Position numbers and translations under genes: made by a program
Part shown: positions 9,959 to 19,345 of the stretch, in pieces
Numbering within the stretch: the first letter of the stretch is position 1
Layout of the letters: each line of letters opens with the position of its first letter
IMG/VR virus record: IMGVR_UViG_2595698399_000001
Span: 8,535-72,534 of that record
From: a virus
Lineage: Duplodnaviria > Caudoviricetes
Reading direction: 5' to 3' (one strand)
Length of the DNA stretch: 64,000 bases
Notes under the pieces: generated by a model
Databases searched by the model: none
The model's input: the letters and a program-made list of their open reading frames with translations, nothing else
Told to the model about the DNA's origin: nothing

Positions 9959-10696
9959 TTAAAGATTATAATAGCTATATGCTGCTTTGTACACTTCTTC
10001 TTTTACCGCTCTTCTGATATCTTTTAGAGAGTTTATAGTCTCTAGGTCTCCATCAAGGTATTTTTTGGCATAATAGCTAGAGATTAACCCCCTATCTAGT
10101 AAAATTGAAATATAAGGATCTCTACCCTCTTTGAACTCGGCAACATCGGCCATAATGCCTCCTTTAGTCATTAACTTAGCTCTTAAAACACCTCCATTTG
10201 ATTGAGCCCAATATCCTGACGAACCTTTTACTACGTTATCATCGTTTATGACAATAGGCGTAGAGTTAAGTAGGCAAATTACCTCTTTTGCATCTCCAAA
10301 CACCCTTTTTATATACGCATCTACTTCCGATCCACTAATCCTATTGTTTACTTTAGACATATTTAAAGGCATATAATCTACCCCTCTTAATAATCCGTCG
10401 TCTTCTGACCTTAAGATTGAACCTCTGTACATCATGCTCTCTAAAGAATTTTGAGACTCCTCTATTAAAACCATTATCCTATCGTCTAAATTTTTAGAGC
10501 ATGCCATGGTAATAGAGAACGCCATTAATTTACCTAAAGCCTCTGCCAATTTATCGGGGTCTTTGTCTAATGCATCTGAGTAATCTCTTAAAAGAGACTC
10601 CATAAACTTCTTACTGTCCTCCGATGCTAGTCCTCCCGCTCTACCTCTTGCTAAAAATGATGATAATCTGCTCGCTTTTTTTATTATTTCTTTCAT
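9959..10696 (-). CDS. hypothetical protein
   Basis: Start reassigned to ATG 10696 (MKEIIKK), just after the rtcB stop and the AACACTATCAAA motif. Confidence 0.65.
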   Translation of the reverse strand: MKEIIKKASRLSSFLARGRAGGLASEDSKKFMESLLRDYSDALDKDPDKLAEALGKLMAFSITMACSKNLDDRIMVLIEESQNSLESMMYRGSILRSEDDGLLRGVDYMPLNMSKVNNRISGSEVDAYIKRVFGDAKEVICLLNSTPIVINDDNVVKGSSGYWAQSNGGVLRAKLMTKGGIMADVAEFKEGRDPYISILLDRGLISSYYAKKYLDGDLETINSLKDIRRAVKEEVYKAAYSYYNL

Positions 10697-10712
10697 GTTT
10701 GATAGTGTTTTA

Positions 10713-12116
10713 TTATTTCTTTTTCCAAGGTTTAAATCTGTCGTAATCACCTGCCATTATGCTTCCATAAGGCATTATTTTATCTAATACGTCTCCAAGT
10801 CCAAAACTCTCCATTTGGTCTTGTACTGTATCTGCGTTCTTATAAGCGGATGGCAACTCAGAGATATCTATCTCTCCTGAGAAGAATCTTATATCTAACC
10901 CTGCAGTCTCGTCTTTGAATATCTGAGGGTTGCTCTTGGCTGACATACTTCTCTTATGTGCTGCTCTACTTACATTTCTACCTGCACCGTGTGGAGCAAA
11001 TCCTAAGTTTGTTCTTGTAGTTTTTCCTTTTACTATTAGTATAGGCTCTGCCATGTTTAAAGGTATTAGTCTTAGACCCTCTGTAGAATCCGGTACAAAC
11101 TTATCATCTAAAGGGGTTGCGCCTTTGGCATGGTAGAACTTATCTCCGTCCTTGAATACAAAATTGTGCTCATTCCAAAAAGATCTTATTGGAGTAGTCT
11201 TCAACTTGTTTGCTACCCTATTGTGTATAGAAGAGTGGTTTAATTTAGTCCATTCTCTTAGTATTTGCAAAGCCTCCCAATACAACTCTCCTTCTTTTTC
11301 TTCAAAAGGTATCCAAGCATTCATCGGGTCTGTTTTAGGGCTTAATTGCTTTCTAAATCTCTCTGCGGTATGCATCCCTTTTTTATAGACACTAGAACCA
11401 AACCCTCTAGACCCATGGTGCGTTACCATCATCGTTCTTCCGGTAGCTTCTGACACCCCTACGAATAAGAAGTGGTTACCGTCTCCCTGTGTTCCCATGT
11501 GCATCCTAGCCTTCTCTATGTAATCTTTAGTGAAGTAGTTCTCTTCTATTCTACTTGTAAGTAGAGACTCTCCATCTAATATAGATGACCAACCTCCTAA
11601 TCCTCTCCTACCCCCTGGGCCAAATTGAGTTGTCTCAAATGCAATATCCATAACATCTTTTGGTTTAACTCCTTCGGCAAACTCCGTGGCGTACACAGAG
11701 CAGCAAATATCTGCTGAATGAAAACCGGGATGTATTGCGTTTTTAGTTACTACTACAGAGCCTACTGGTATCTGACCTAGCTTCCCTGTGGGGCATGCAT
11801 CTGGCATTATAGTTCCGTCTACAATAGTAGGAGTCTTCATAAGACTGTCCATGGACATCTTTACTAGATCTACATTGTCTTGCTCCTTTTCGTTGGTTGG
11901 TAAAATGTTGATAGTGTAACTCACAGGATTTTTATGTAGTCCTATAGTTGGGGGAGGTAAGTACTTATTACACGAAAATACTATTTCGTCGTCCGTTAAC
12001 CTCCTACCTAATATTTTTAGAAATTGCTTCTCTTGGGCGTTAAGCTCGTCAATAGCTTCTCCAAACCATTTACTTGGCTTATACCCTAATTCAATCAGAG
12101 TTTTTCCTGTTACCAT
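10713..12116 (-). CDS. rtcB: RtcB family 3'-phosphate/5'-OH RNA ligase
   Basis: MPDAC, SADICC, GTQGDGNHF, THHGSRG, HNFV, HAKGAT, PHGAGR, SELPSAYKN. Confidence 0.92.
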   Translation of the reverse strand: MVTGKTLIELGYKPSKWFGEAIDELNAQEKQFLKILGRRLTDDEIVFSCNKYLPPPTIGLHKNPVSYTINILPTNEKEQDNVDLVKMSMDSLMKTPTIVDGTIMPDACPTGKLGQIPVGSVVVTKNAIHPGFHSADICCSVYATEFAEGVKPKDVMDIAFETTQFGPGGRRGLGGWSSILDGESLLTSRIEENYFTKDYIEKARMHMGTQGDGNHFLFVGVSEATGRTMMVTHHGSRGFGSSVYKKGMHTAERFRKQLSPKTDPMNAWIPFEEKEGELYWEALQILREWTKLNHSSIHNRVANKLKTTPIRSFWNEHNFVFKDGDKFYHAKGATPLDDKFVPDSTEGLRLIPLNMAEPILIVKGKTTRTNLGFAPHGAGRNVSRAAHKRSMSAKSNPQIFKDETAGLDIRFFSGEIDISELPSAYKNADTVQDQMESFGLGDVLDKIMPYGSIMAGDYDRFKPWKKK

Positions 12117-12140
12117 TCTTATTGATTTAATTGATTTATA

Positions 12141-12283
12141 TTGTTCCTTAGAGAGGATTCGAACCTCCGTGTAAAAGCCTGCCCATAACTATATATCTCG
12201 TTATAGGCAGACACAGTTTACATTTCTATAAAGCCTTGTACTTCGGCCTTAATCATAGACTATAACCACTTGTCTACTAAGGA
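12141..12283 (-). ncRNA. 143-nt tRNA-like RNA with expanded central region
   Basis: Acceptor TCCTTAG/CTAAGGA-A, D-arm GAC-AAGTGGTTATA-GTC, T-arm GGAGG-TTCGAAT-CCTCT; two extra hairpins between the D and T arms. Confidence 0.7.
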
Positions 12284-12294
12284 AGTCTTTTTAA

Positions 12295-12702
12295 TTAGTC
12301 ACAACCGCAGTCGTCACAATCTCCTTTATCACAACCTTTTTTTGAAGGCGATACGAAGCTTATCCCTCCATCGGGATCTATGTCTACAACTTCGTCTCCA
12401 ACTAACATTCCTAGAGACTTTCTAAGATCTTTCTCTCTAAAGGCGGCCATAAGACCTTGCTCTGTCATAGATGCTAAGAATTGGCACACGATTAAGTCTA
12501 CTTCTTTTTCCTCGAACTCTAAGTGGAAGTCGTTGAAGATATCTGTCGTATCTAAGTTGTTTGTATCTTGAAGCAAGATGTCTATCTTACCTGCTAAGAA
12601 CCCCTGAACTCTAGTTAATACCCCAGTTGCCTCCTCGTCCGTGTACCCTAAGTGCTCTAAGATAGTTGGTGTTTTCGTCTTGTCTACTTTAATTTTTGCC
12701 AT
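12295..12702 (-). CDS. hypothetical protein with Cys-rich C-terminus
   Basis: 135 aa; ends GCDKGDCDDCGCD. Confidence 0.7.
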   Translation of the reverse strand: MAKIKVDKTKTPTILEHLGYTDEEATGVLTRVQGFLAGKIDILLQDTNNLDTTDIFNDFHLEFEEKEVDLIVCQFLASMTEQGLMAAFREKDLRKSLGMLVGDEVVDIDPDGGISFVSPSKKGCDKGDCDDCGCD

Positions 12703-12716
12703 AATTTTAAATTTAA

Positions 12717-13148
12717 TTAATTGATTCTACTGTCTAATTTTTCTCTTACTTTTTTGTACTTCCTATAGTACCCCTTAGTGGCTTCTATCTTATATCCTTG
12801 GTATACACCCCCATTATGGTTTCTTACTATAACCTCTGCTGTAGGGCTTTTACCATACTTCTTTAGGTATCTCTCTATACCAATGGTGGCATATAACTTG
12901 AACACCTCTTCGGCACACTCTACGTTAAACATATCTTTGTGCCTGTATGATGTTCCGAACCTCCTGTTTACGTCTTTAACACAGGCCTTTTGTATTTGTA
13001 GTATCCCGAACGACCTCCCGTTGTCGCCTATTGCATCTGGGTTATTGTTGGATTCGATATACTTTAAAGCCTCTATTATCTTGTCTAAATCCGCTGCATG
13101 AGACTCAACGCTGAACAAAACTACGGATAATAATATGAATAATCGCAT
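12717..13148 (-). CDS. lysozyme-like/transglycosylase protein with signal peptide
   Basis: Hydrophobic N-terminus; IES.N.P.AIGD.G.SFGILQI and RNHNGG lysozyme-fold motifs. Confidence 0.7.
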   Translation of the reverse strand: MRLFILLSVVLFSVESHAADLDKIIEALKYIESNNNPDAIGDNGRSFGILQIQKACVKDVNRRFGTSYRHKDMFNVECAEEVFKLYATIGIERYLKKYGKSPTAEVIVRNHNGGVYQGYKIEATKGYYRKYKKVREKLDSRIN

Positions 13149-13160
13149 AATTTATTACTT

Positions 13161-13697
13161 TTATTTTTTAGGTAACATCCTAATGATCGGTTTAAGTCTG
13201 TCCTCTATAATACTTAATTGCTCTGAGTTCAACCCTTTTAACTGCATTAGAATATTGAATACTTTTTCGTTCCTAACCTGCCTTAATATGTAGTCTGTCT
13301 CTAATCTCACGGTGTCTTCTAACCCGTTAATCTCTTTGTCTAGCTTATCTCTAGCTTCGTATAAAGACCTCATAGACTCACTTAAAAAGGAGTTAGATTT
13401 ACTTATTTTCATAGAGAATGGATTGAAGGATTTTATAGCCCTATCGTACTTGTACAGCACCCTCTCTTCTCTTCTTTGTAGCATCTTTGAAACAGATACT
13501 CTATCCCTACCGTCCGCAATCATTCCCATCTCTGCGTGGGAAGCTTTGGTGTAGTTGCAAGATAATATGTAGTACATGGTCAGCGCCTCTAAAAAAACCA
13601 CTTTTCTAGTTCTACTCCTTGTTGATATATCTTGACCAGTCGCCTTTTTAACGTAGTCCTTTATAGAGTTTAACTCTGCCCTAAGTTCGTTATCCAT
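13161..13697 (-). CDS. DNA-binding protein with DnaA C-terminal-like HTH
   Basis: DISTRSRTRKVV...MYY...SHAEMG...GRDRVSV resembles DnaA domain IV. Confidence 0.5.
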   Translation of the reverse strand: MDNELRAELNSIKDYVKKATGQDISTRSRTRKVVFLEALTMYYILSCNYTKASHAEMGMIADGRDRVSVSKMLQRREERVLYKYDRAIKSFNPFSMKISKSNSFLSESMRSLYEARDKLDKEINGLEDTVRLETDYILRQVRNEKVFNILMQLKGLNSEQLSIIEDRLKPIIRMLPKK

Positions 13698-14076
13698 TAT
13701 ACTCTATTTCACTAGGTCTTACCACACTTTTAACATATTGACTACAGGAATGGCATGAGTAGTAAGCAGTTGGGTCTATAGCGCAATCTTTTATCCATTT
13801 AAAACTTTGAGACCCGTATCTAGACTCATCTACTGAAAACTCTTCCCAATTTCCGCACTCACACTTTATAGTCTGTCTCCAATCTAGGGAATCTATCCAA
13901 GATACAATATTAGAGCTAATAGAGGTGTGTTCTGTGCCCTTAGGAAAGTATTCACTACTTTTGAACAAGTCATACACCCTATGTATAATAGTATATTGAT
14001 ACTCCGGACTAAAATTCTTAAATTCTGTGTCGTATTTTGAGTATATTACCGAGAATATGTATAGCTCTAATTCCAT
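13690..14076 (-). CDS. hypothetical protein, possible zinc ribbon
   Basis: CECG...CHSC. Confidence 0.65.
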   Translation of the reverse strand: MELELYIFSVIYSKYDTEFKNFSPEYQYTIIHRVYDLFKSSEYFPKGTEHTSISSNIVSWIDSLDWRQTIKCECGNWEEFSVDESRYGSQSFKWIKDCAIDPTAYYSCHSCSQYVKSVVRPSEIEYNG

Positions 14077-14081
14077 ATCTT

Positions 14082-14252
14082 TTATTTAAGTATTATATTT
14101 TCCCTTATCCATTGATTAGCTATCCTATAGGCCCTCTCTAATAAGGGGGCCTCTTTAGGAAGAACTGGCGATATATTCACCTCTTTATCAGCTTTGTGGT
14201 GTATGTAAATCTGTACGATGGCTATTTTCTCCTCTACACTAGTCCTTAACAT
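14082..14252 (-). CDS. small hypothetical protein (56 aa)
   Basis: MLRTSVEEKIAIVQIYIHHK...; ATG follows the AACACTATCA motif. Confidence 0.5.
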   Translation of the reverse strand: MLRTSVEEKIAIVQIYIHHKADKEVNISPVLPKEAPLLERAYRIANQWIRENIILK

Positions 14253-14511
14253 TGATAGTGTTTTTTAGGTCTACGTATACCATCTCTCTGGCGTCGTGAT
14301 CGAAGTATTCAAACTTCGTTACCCTACCCGTAACCACCACCTCTTTTGAGATAGGGAAGGGTATTAATCCGGTATCGTCAAAGGTACTACCAATGTCTCC
14401 ACCTTTGTGGAATAAAGGGTTTACTAATTTGCCATTTACGAAATGGTTTCCTGTACTGTCTAACTTGTGTATGTCTTTTAAAATGACATCTTCGAATTTT
14501 TCTGTATACAT
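14239..14511 (-). CDS. hypothetical protein
   Basis: 90 aa ORF in operon. Confidence 0.6.
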   Translation of the reverse strand: MYTEKFEDVILKDIHKLDSTGNHFVNGKLVNPLFHKGGDIGSTFDDTGLIPFPISKEVVVTGRVTKFEYFDHDAREMVYVDLKNTINVKD

Positions 14512-14535
14512 ATATTTGTTTTAATTATTACTTTA

Positions 14536-15864
14536 TTATACCTCTTCTTCTACTTCTTCGTCTTCTTCTAACTCTTCTACCCAATCTCCGTCAGAGTTTT
14601 TAAACCACCCTCTATCTTCGTAAACTTCGTCTATGTAATCTGTATGTACACTAACGTCTAAGTCTTCTAGGTACTCTATTTCTTCGTTAGGTTGAAGTCT
14701 TTCACTCCACTCGCAAACAGAGTAGTCCTCTAGATGGACGTATTCTAACCTATATTCGCAGAAGGCTATCATTTCGTCCTCTTTATAATAATTTCTTGAG
14801 TAAATTTCTCCTACTCTAGTTATTGATACAACATCATCGTTTAAGTAATATTCTCCATCTACCTCTGAGCAATTATCATAGTGAGTGTATAGCTCTCTGT
14901 ATTCTATGTATACTGCATCTTCCTCGTTTATATTACACTCGTCGATTTCATCCCAAATTTGATTCATTTGTTGGTCTGGCTCTTCTTGTGCGAAAAATAC
15001 TGATCTTGAAACACAGTCAGAGAAGTTTCTAACTCCGTCTGTAGATACATAAGAGAACGTGTCCATGTAAGGGTAAACTGAGTATGATACTTCACTTAAT
15101 GGTATAGTAACCTCATCATTTGTAGTAGAGCCGTCAGGATTCACCCAAGAGTTATTTGTTCCGCAGTTTTGGTGGAGTTTGTGACTCCATCCTTTACTTT
15201 TAGCGTATATTTTAAAGGCCTCTGTTATATGGTCGTTTGCATAGATTCTATCTAACCAAGTACGACCCTCTGAACACTTCCAAACCAAGGCTCTACCCCT
15301 AACCATACCATCGTCGTTCAATAGGACTAATATACTACAATGATCTTCGTTGTCTACGTATATACTACAAGCATCTTGGCAGTTGTCATACCTCATACAA
15401 GAACTTCCTAAACTACCTATATTAAAGCCGGATTCGTCGTAGTTATCTTCTAAGTATGCCCATCTTATATCCTCTCCTGATAAGACTTTAAAAGAGCCTT
15501 CTAATTTATACTTAGCCTTAATTAAATTTACTAGAGCCTCTAGCTCGCTAAGTACTAAAAGTTCTTCCTTACCTCTCTCTTTCATTAGCTTAGATAAGAT
15601 TTTACCATATCTACCTTCTTGCCTATCCTCGTTTGAGTAAGCAAGCCCTCCTACGATTAACTTAACTTCTTTACCTTTAGGAAGGAATCTCATAACCCCC
15701 ATTGCATCTATATCTATACACTTTATTCCGTCAACGTCGTCCGGCGCTTCTTGGTGGTATATGTCAACCAAATGCTCTACTAACTTACCTACTTTAGGAT
15801 TTCCGTGGTGAGACATAAGCTCAATCATAAAATCTCTAGCTATGTATTTTTTATCTATACTCAT
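14536..15864 (-). CDS. conserved phage protein (SCMRY / GRALVW / DRIY / YPYMDTF motifs) with acidic Cys/His-rich C-terminus
   Basis: Motifs visible in translation; adjacent to M28 peptidase. Confidence 0.7.
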   Translation of the reverse strand: MSIDKKYIARDFMIELMSHHGNPKVGKLVEHLVDIYHQEAPDDVDGIKCIDIDAMGVMRFLPKGKEVKLIVGGLAYSNEDRQEGRYGKILSKLMKERGKEELLVLSELEALVNLIKAKYKLEGSFKVLSGEDIRWAYLEDNYDESGFNIGSLGSSCMRYDNCQDACSIYVDNEDHCSILVLLNDDGMVRGRALVWKCSEGRTWLDRIYANDHITEAFKIYAKSKGWSHKLHQNCGTNNSWVNPDGSTTNDEVTIPLSEVSYSVYPYMDTFSYVSTDGVRNFSDCVSRSVFFAQEEPDQQMNQIWDEIDECNINEEDAVYIEYRELYTHYDNCSEVDGEYYLNDDVVSITRVGEIYSRNYYKEDEMIAFCEYRLEYVHLEDYSVCEWSERLQPNEEIEYLEDLDVSVHTDYIDEVYEDRGWFKNSDGDWVEELEEDEEVEEEV

Positions 15865-15894
15865 TATACTTCTTTTTTTGATTTGATAGTGTTT

Positions 15895-16965
15895 TTATCT
15901 TTCTTGGTAATTGTTATACTTATTTGTATACTCTCCGCATGAGAAGCACCAATCGGCGTCTTCGTTTGCATCGTACATTAGGTCAATTCCGTCGCATTGT
16001 TCGCAAAGGCACATTAGCCCTAAAGGCTCTCCTTTTGAGTTAAATGGATTCTCTTCTTGGCTACTACTAGGATACTCTTTTTCAGAAGATTTACTACTGC
16101 TAAACTCTACCCAATTACCTTTCTTATTAAAGTACCCATTTTCAAACTTCCCCGGCAACTCTTCTTCTCTGTAAGATTTAGGGTATCTAGATTTACTCTT
16201 TAGAGAGTTTCTCCAAACTGTTCCAGAGATAGATTTTACTATTTCGTCTACTAAATCTCTAGTTCTAAATACATCTTCTATTATAATGATCTCATCATCA
16301 CAATGTGGTCTATAGTATCCACATGATATATTTGCAGAGCAAACCTCTAAGCCGTTCAGGCATAGTTGGTATACATCTGTCATACCCCCTTTTGTAGTCT
16401 CTACTTTTCCGTACTTTTCAAGTATTCCTGAGATTGCGTTAGAGAATGCCCTATCCGATAGAACCACTCCGTATATCTCTGTTACGAAGTCTTTATATCC
16501 TTGTCTATCACATTGTAGTACAAACTCTACATCTTTAAAGAACCTCATATCTGCATCCATTGAACCTAGGCACCCCATTTCCTCATCTCTAAAGAAGGCT
16601 ACCTTAATGTAATCATTGTTTCTTAAGGCTTCTAAGGCTATATAAATACCAACCTTGTCATCTCCTCCTATACCCATTTGCAAGCCCTTTCTCATGTTCA
16701 TTGCGAACATTGTTATACCGTCGTCGAATACCGTCATGTCAGACTGTATTTCGTGTACTGTATCCGTGTGGGCTACAACACATGGATAAGTGTCTGCATA
16801 ACCTTTAGTTATGTAGATGTTCTCGTCCTCAATTACAATGCAGTAATTGTCAGGATCGTCTGCTGAGATAGATTCAAACTCGTCTGAGATAAAGTCTATC
16901 ATGTCTTGTGTTTCGTAGGACTCTGACTGAATAGCCATCACCTTTTTTAATCTTTCTTTACTCAA
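15895..16965 (-). CDS. M20/M28 family zinc peptidase
   Basis: AHTDTVH, GGDDKVG, DEE.G, QCDR, GYYRPH; TTG start. Confidence 0.85.
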   Translation of the reverse strand: MSKERLKKVMAIQSESYETQDMIDFISDEFESISADDPDNYCIVIEDENIYITKGYADTYPCVVAHTDTVHEIQSDMTVFDDGITMFAMNMRKGLQMGIGGDDKVGIYIALEALRNNDYIKVAFFRDEEMGCLGSMDADMRFFKDVEFVLQCDRQGYKDFVTEIYGVVLSDRAFSNAISGILEKYGKVETTKGGMTDVYQLCLNGLEVCSANISCGYYRPHCDDEIIIIEDVFRTRDLVDEIVKSISGTVWRNSLKSKSRYPKSYREEELPGKFENGYFNKKGNWVEFSSSKSSEKEYPSSSQEENPFNSKGEPLGLMCLCEQCDGIDLMYDANEDADWCFSCGEYTNKYNNYQER

Positions 16966-17028
16966 TTTAATTGTGTTTATAGTTACGTGATTGCAATATT
17001 GCCTTACACGTTAATATTTTGATAGTGT

Positions 17029-17655
17029 TTATATGATCCCTTCTCTCTCTAGGGCATTTCTTATAGCATCCATACTGCTTTTGTCTATAAACACTCCGCT
17101 GCTCAATGTCATATGTTTGATGTACCTGTTTAAATGACCCTTAAAAAACTCTACACTTATCTTAGCGCACCCGTAGTCAACTGTCTTTTTATCAAGAGAG
17201 ATAGACCCCGTGTATCCGTTTACCTTGGGTAAAGAATTAATAGCCTCTATTTCCGCTATTGTTGCAAGCCTTACATTTTTGTCTATATCAACTCCACCTA
17301 ATTCGGTCTTGTACATATATCCACCTATGTAGACACTTATTGGGCCGGTTATTTTGAAAGTCCTATCCTCTGTATTGTTCATCCAGTAGTTCTTCTTATC
17401 CCCTCTCTCGTATCTAACTGTTATATAGTCGCCTTCCTTGTACTTATTGATAAAGTTAAGAGCTTCGTGTATTTCATTCAAACTGGCTAAATACTCTCTA
17501 TCCTTATTTCTAATTAAGTTTTGAGCCCTTTTATAGATAGATTTAGATAACGGATTGTATACTATTATACCTCCGTCAGAATTTCGTAAGCAGGTCATCC
17601 GAACCGTATTATCTTGATAATCTAAATCTGCTGTAAATATTTCTGATATCTCCAT
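17029..17655 (-). CDS. hypothetical protein
   Basis: 208 aa ORF. Confidence 0.7.
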   Translation of the reverse strand: MEISEIFTADLDYQDNTVRMTCLRNSDGGIIVYNPLSKSIYKRAQNLIRNKDREYLASLNEIHEALNFINKYKEGDYITVRYERGDKKNYWMNNTEDRTFKITGPISVYIGGYMYKTELGGVDIDKNVRLATIAEIEAINSLPKVNGYTGSISLDKKTVDYGCAKISVEFFKGHLNRYIKHMTLSSGVFIDKSSMDAIRNALEREGII

Positions 17656-17762
17656 GTCTTTGTTTTAAAGGTTTGATACTATGTAAAACATTACTGCTAA
17701 CACTAGTATATTAATTACTGTTATTACTGCCACTACCTTTCGGTCTTCTTTACTTGCCTTCA

Positions 17763-18248
17763 TTAATACTTGCTTATTACTTTACTAATTAATGGTTTAT
17801 CCCAATCTATCCAATCTGCAAAGTCCTGTGTAACATCTCCGCTAAAGATTACTAAATCTATCTTAGATACATTAGACCTTTTGATTGCATTCTTATAGAC
17901 TTTCCCTATAGTCTTTCCGGACTCTACAAAATCATCTACTATTATATTGAATGCATTGTTTTTACAGTCTACTCTACTACTGTGAGATTTTTCTCCATCT
18001 TTCTTTACGTGTATGATCCATATATCATTACTTTCGTTAGATATCTCATTCAATATTATGGCGGCTGTTATAGCCCCAGAGGATCCCATACAGAATATGT
18101 TCATCCTTTCTAACTTACTCTTACTAAACTCGATATTTACTATTTTAGCCATCGATTTAAGAGTGTTTAGGGATTCGTTAAGTACAGCCCCTAATGGATA
18201 CCCTAAATGGTGTAACCTTCCGTCTTTTTCGTAAATAGTTTTTGACAT
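17763..18248 (-). CDS. phosphoribosyltransferase-like protein
   Basis: PRPP-binding loop IIVDDFVESGKT; GSSG. Confidence 0.75.
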   Translation of the reverse strand: MSKTIYEKDGRLHHLGYPLGAVLNESLNTLKSMAKIVNIEFSKSKLERMNIFCMGSSGAITAAIILNEISNESNDIWIIHVKKDGEKSHSSRVDCKNNAFNIIVDDFVESGKTIGKVYKNAIKRSNVSKIDLVIFSGDVTQDFADWIDWDKPLISKVISKY

Positions 18249-18268
18249 CTTTATTGTTTTGTGATTAT

Positions 18269-18630
18269 TAGTGGAGGCGGAGGGAATCGAACCCTCGTCC
18301 AGAGCACTTAATCGTTAATGTTTTATACAGCTTTTGCGTAGTATCGTTACACACGGCATTTCTTTAGACTCTTTATGCTAGAGGGGCCAACCATAGTTAT
18401 GATTGAAGCTCCACCAAACTGTTTTGAGAAAACAGATAAAACGGTCAGCTTATACCCCTACTGCTACTTCAAGGTTAAGGATAGCGTTTACCGCTTCCAT
18501 ATTAGCTTCGATCTGTGCGTTTACCGCATTCGTGTTGTTTCCGTTTAAAGAATTTCACCTTAGTTTGTGCAGTTATCTCTCTGCGCTGAACATTAACGAC
18601 TGTTATACCCTGTCAAAACCAGTCGCCCCC
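18269..18630 (-). ncRNA. ssrA: tmRNA
   Basis: 5' GGGGGCGACTGGTTTTGAC; 3' GACGAGGGTTCGATTCCCTCCGCCTCCA with G3.U70 Ala determinant; about 360 nt; tag ORF after TAAAC at 18542-18450. Confidence 0.9.
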
Positions 18631-18923
18631 TTTTTTAACTCATTGAGATACCTAGCGTATCCAATTCCTTTTTTAAATATTTCGTAAAAGCTTGTACCTC
18701 TATCGCTGCCATCCATACTTCAAATGGCATTTTCTCACCTTTCTTTTTATCTTCGCTCATATAAGTCCTCCCTCTTTTCTATTAACCTGTTTACAGTTAT
18801 GTTTATTAACCCTATTAAAAATGCAGCTACAGAATACTCAAGGTTATCCGAGTCTGATAGGTACATTAATGCCGCTGAAACGAAGCATATTTTAGATATA
18901 ATTTTACGCATTTTGATAGTGTT

Positions 18924-19172
18924 TTAATCTCTCTCTTCAAATAATAGTCTATACAACCCTACTACAAGTGCGGTCAGTATTGAAGACCCAACAAATACGA
19001 GGAATACTGACGCTATAATAGAGGTTAACATCCCCAATCCCCCTATAACAGATAGTACAGGGCTACTATTTAAGTAGTCTTCATCTAGGAAGAGGTACAT
19101 AGCTAGGGGAGATGCTACAGAACATACTATTAAGAAGTCTACAACCCATTTAATAATCTTTCTATTTTTCAT
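18924..19172 (-). CDS. small membrane protein
   Basis: 82 aa, hydrophobic helices. Confidence 0.65.
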   Translation of the reverse strand: MKNRKIIKWVVDFLIVCSVASPLAMYLFLDEDYLNSSPVLSVIGGLGMLTSIIASVFLVFVGSSILTALVVGLYRLLFEERD

Positions 19173-19345
19173 AGCCTAATATTTTGATAGTATTGCATCA
19201 GCCATACTATTAATGTCGTCTGCTATTTGTTCCCTCTCTCCGTGTGGAATACTGTCTAACTTTTGCTCTAGTTTTTCTATAGCTTCCATTGCAAATACGT
19301 AATCTAAATCCATTGCCATAACTTTATTTGTGTTTATTATATTAA

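Noticed and set aside
10697-10750. Longer start for the 9959 ORF overlapping rtcB
   Set aside because: ATG 10696 follows the rtcB stop and junction motif, so no overlap is needed.
18403-18687. Plus-strand 94-aa ORF
   Set aside because: Antisense to the tmRNA and its tag frame.
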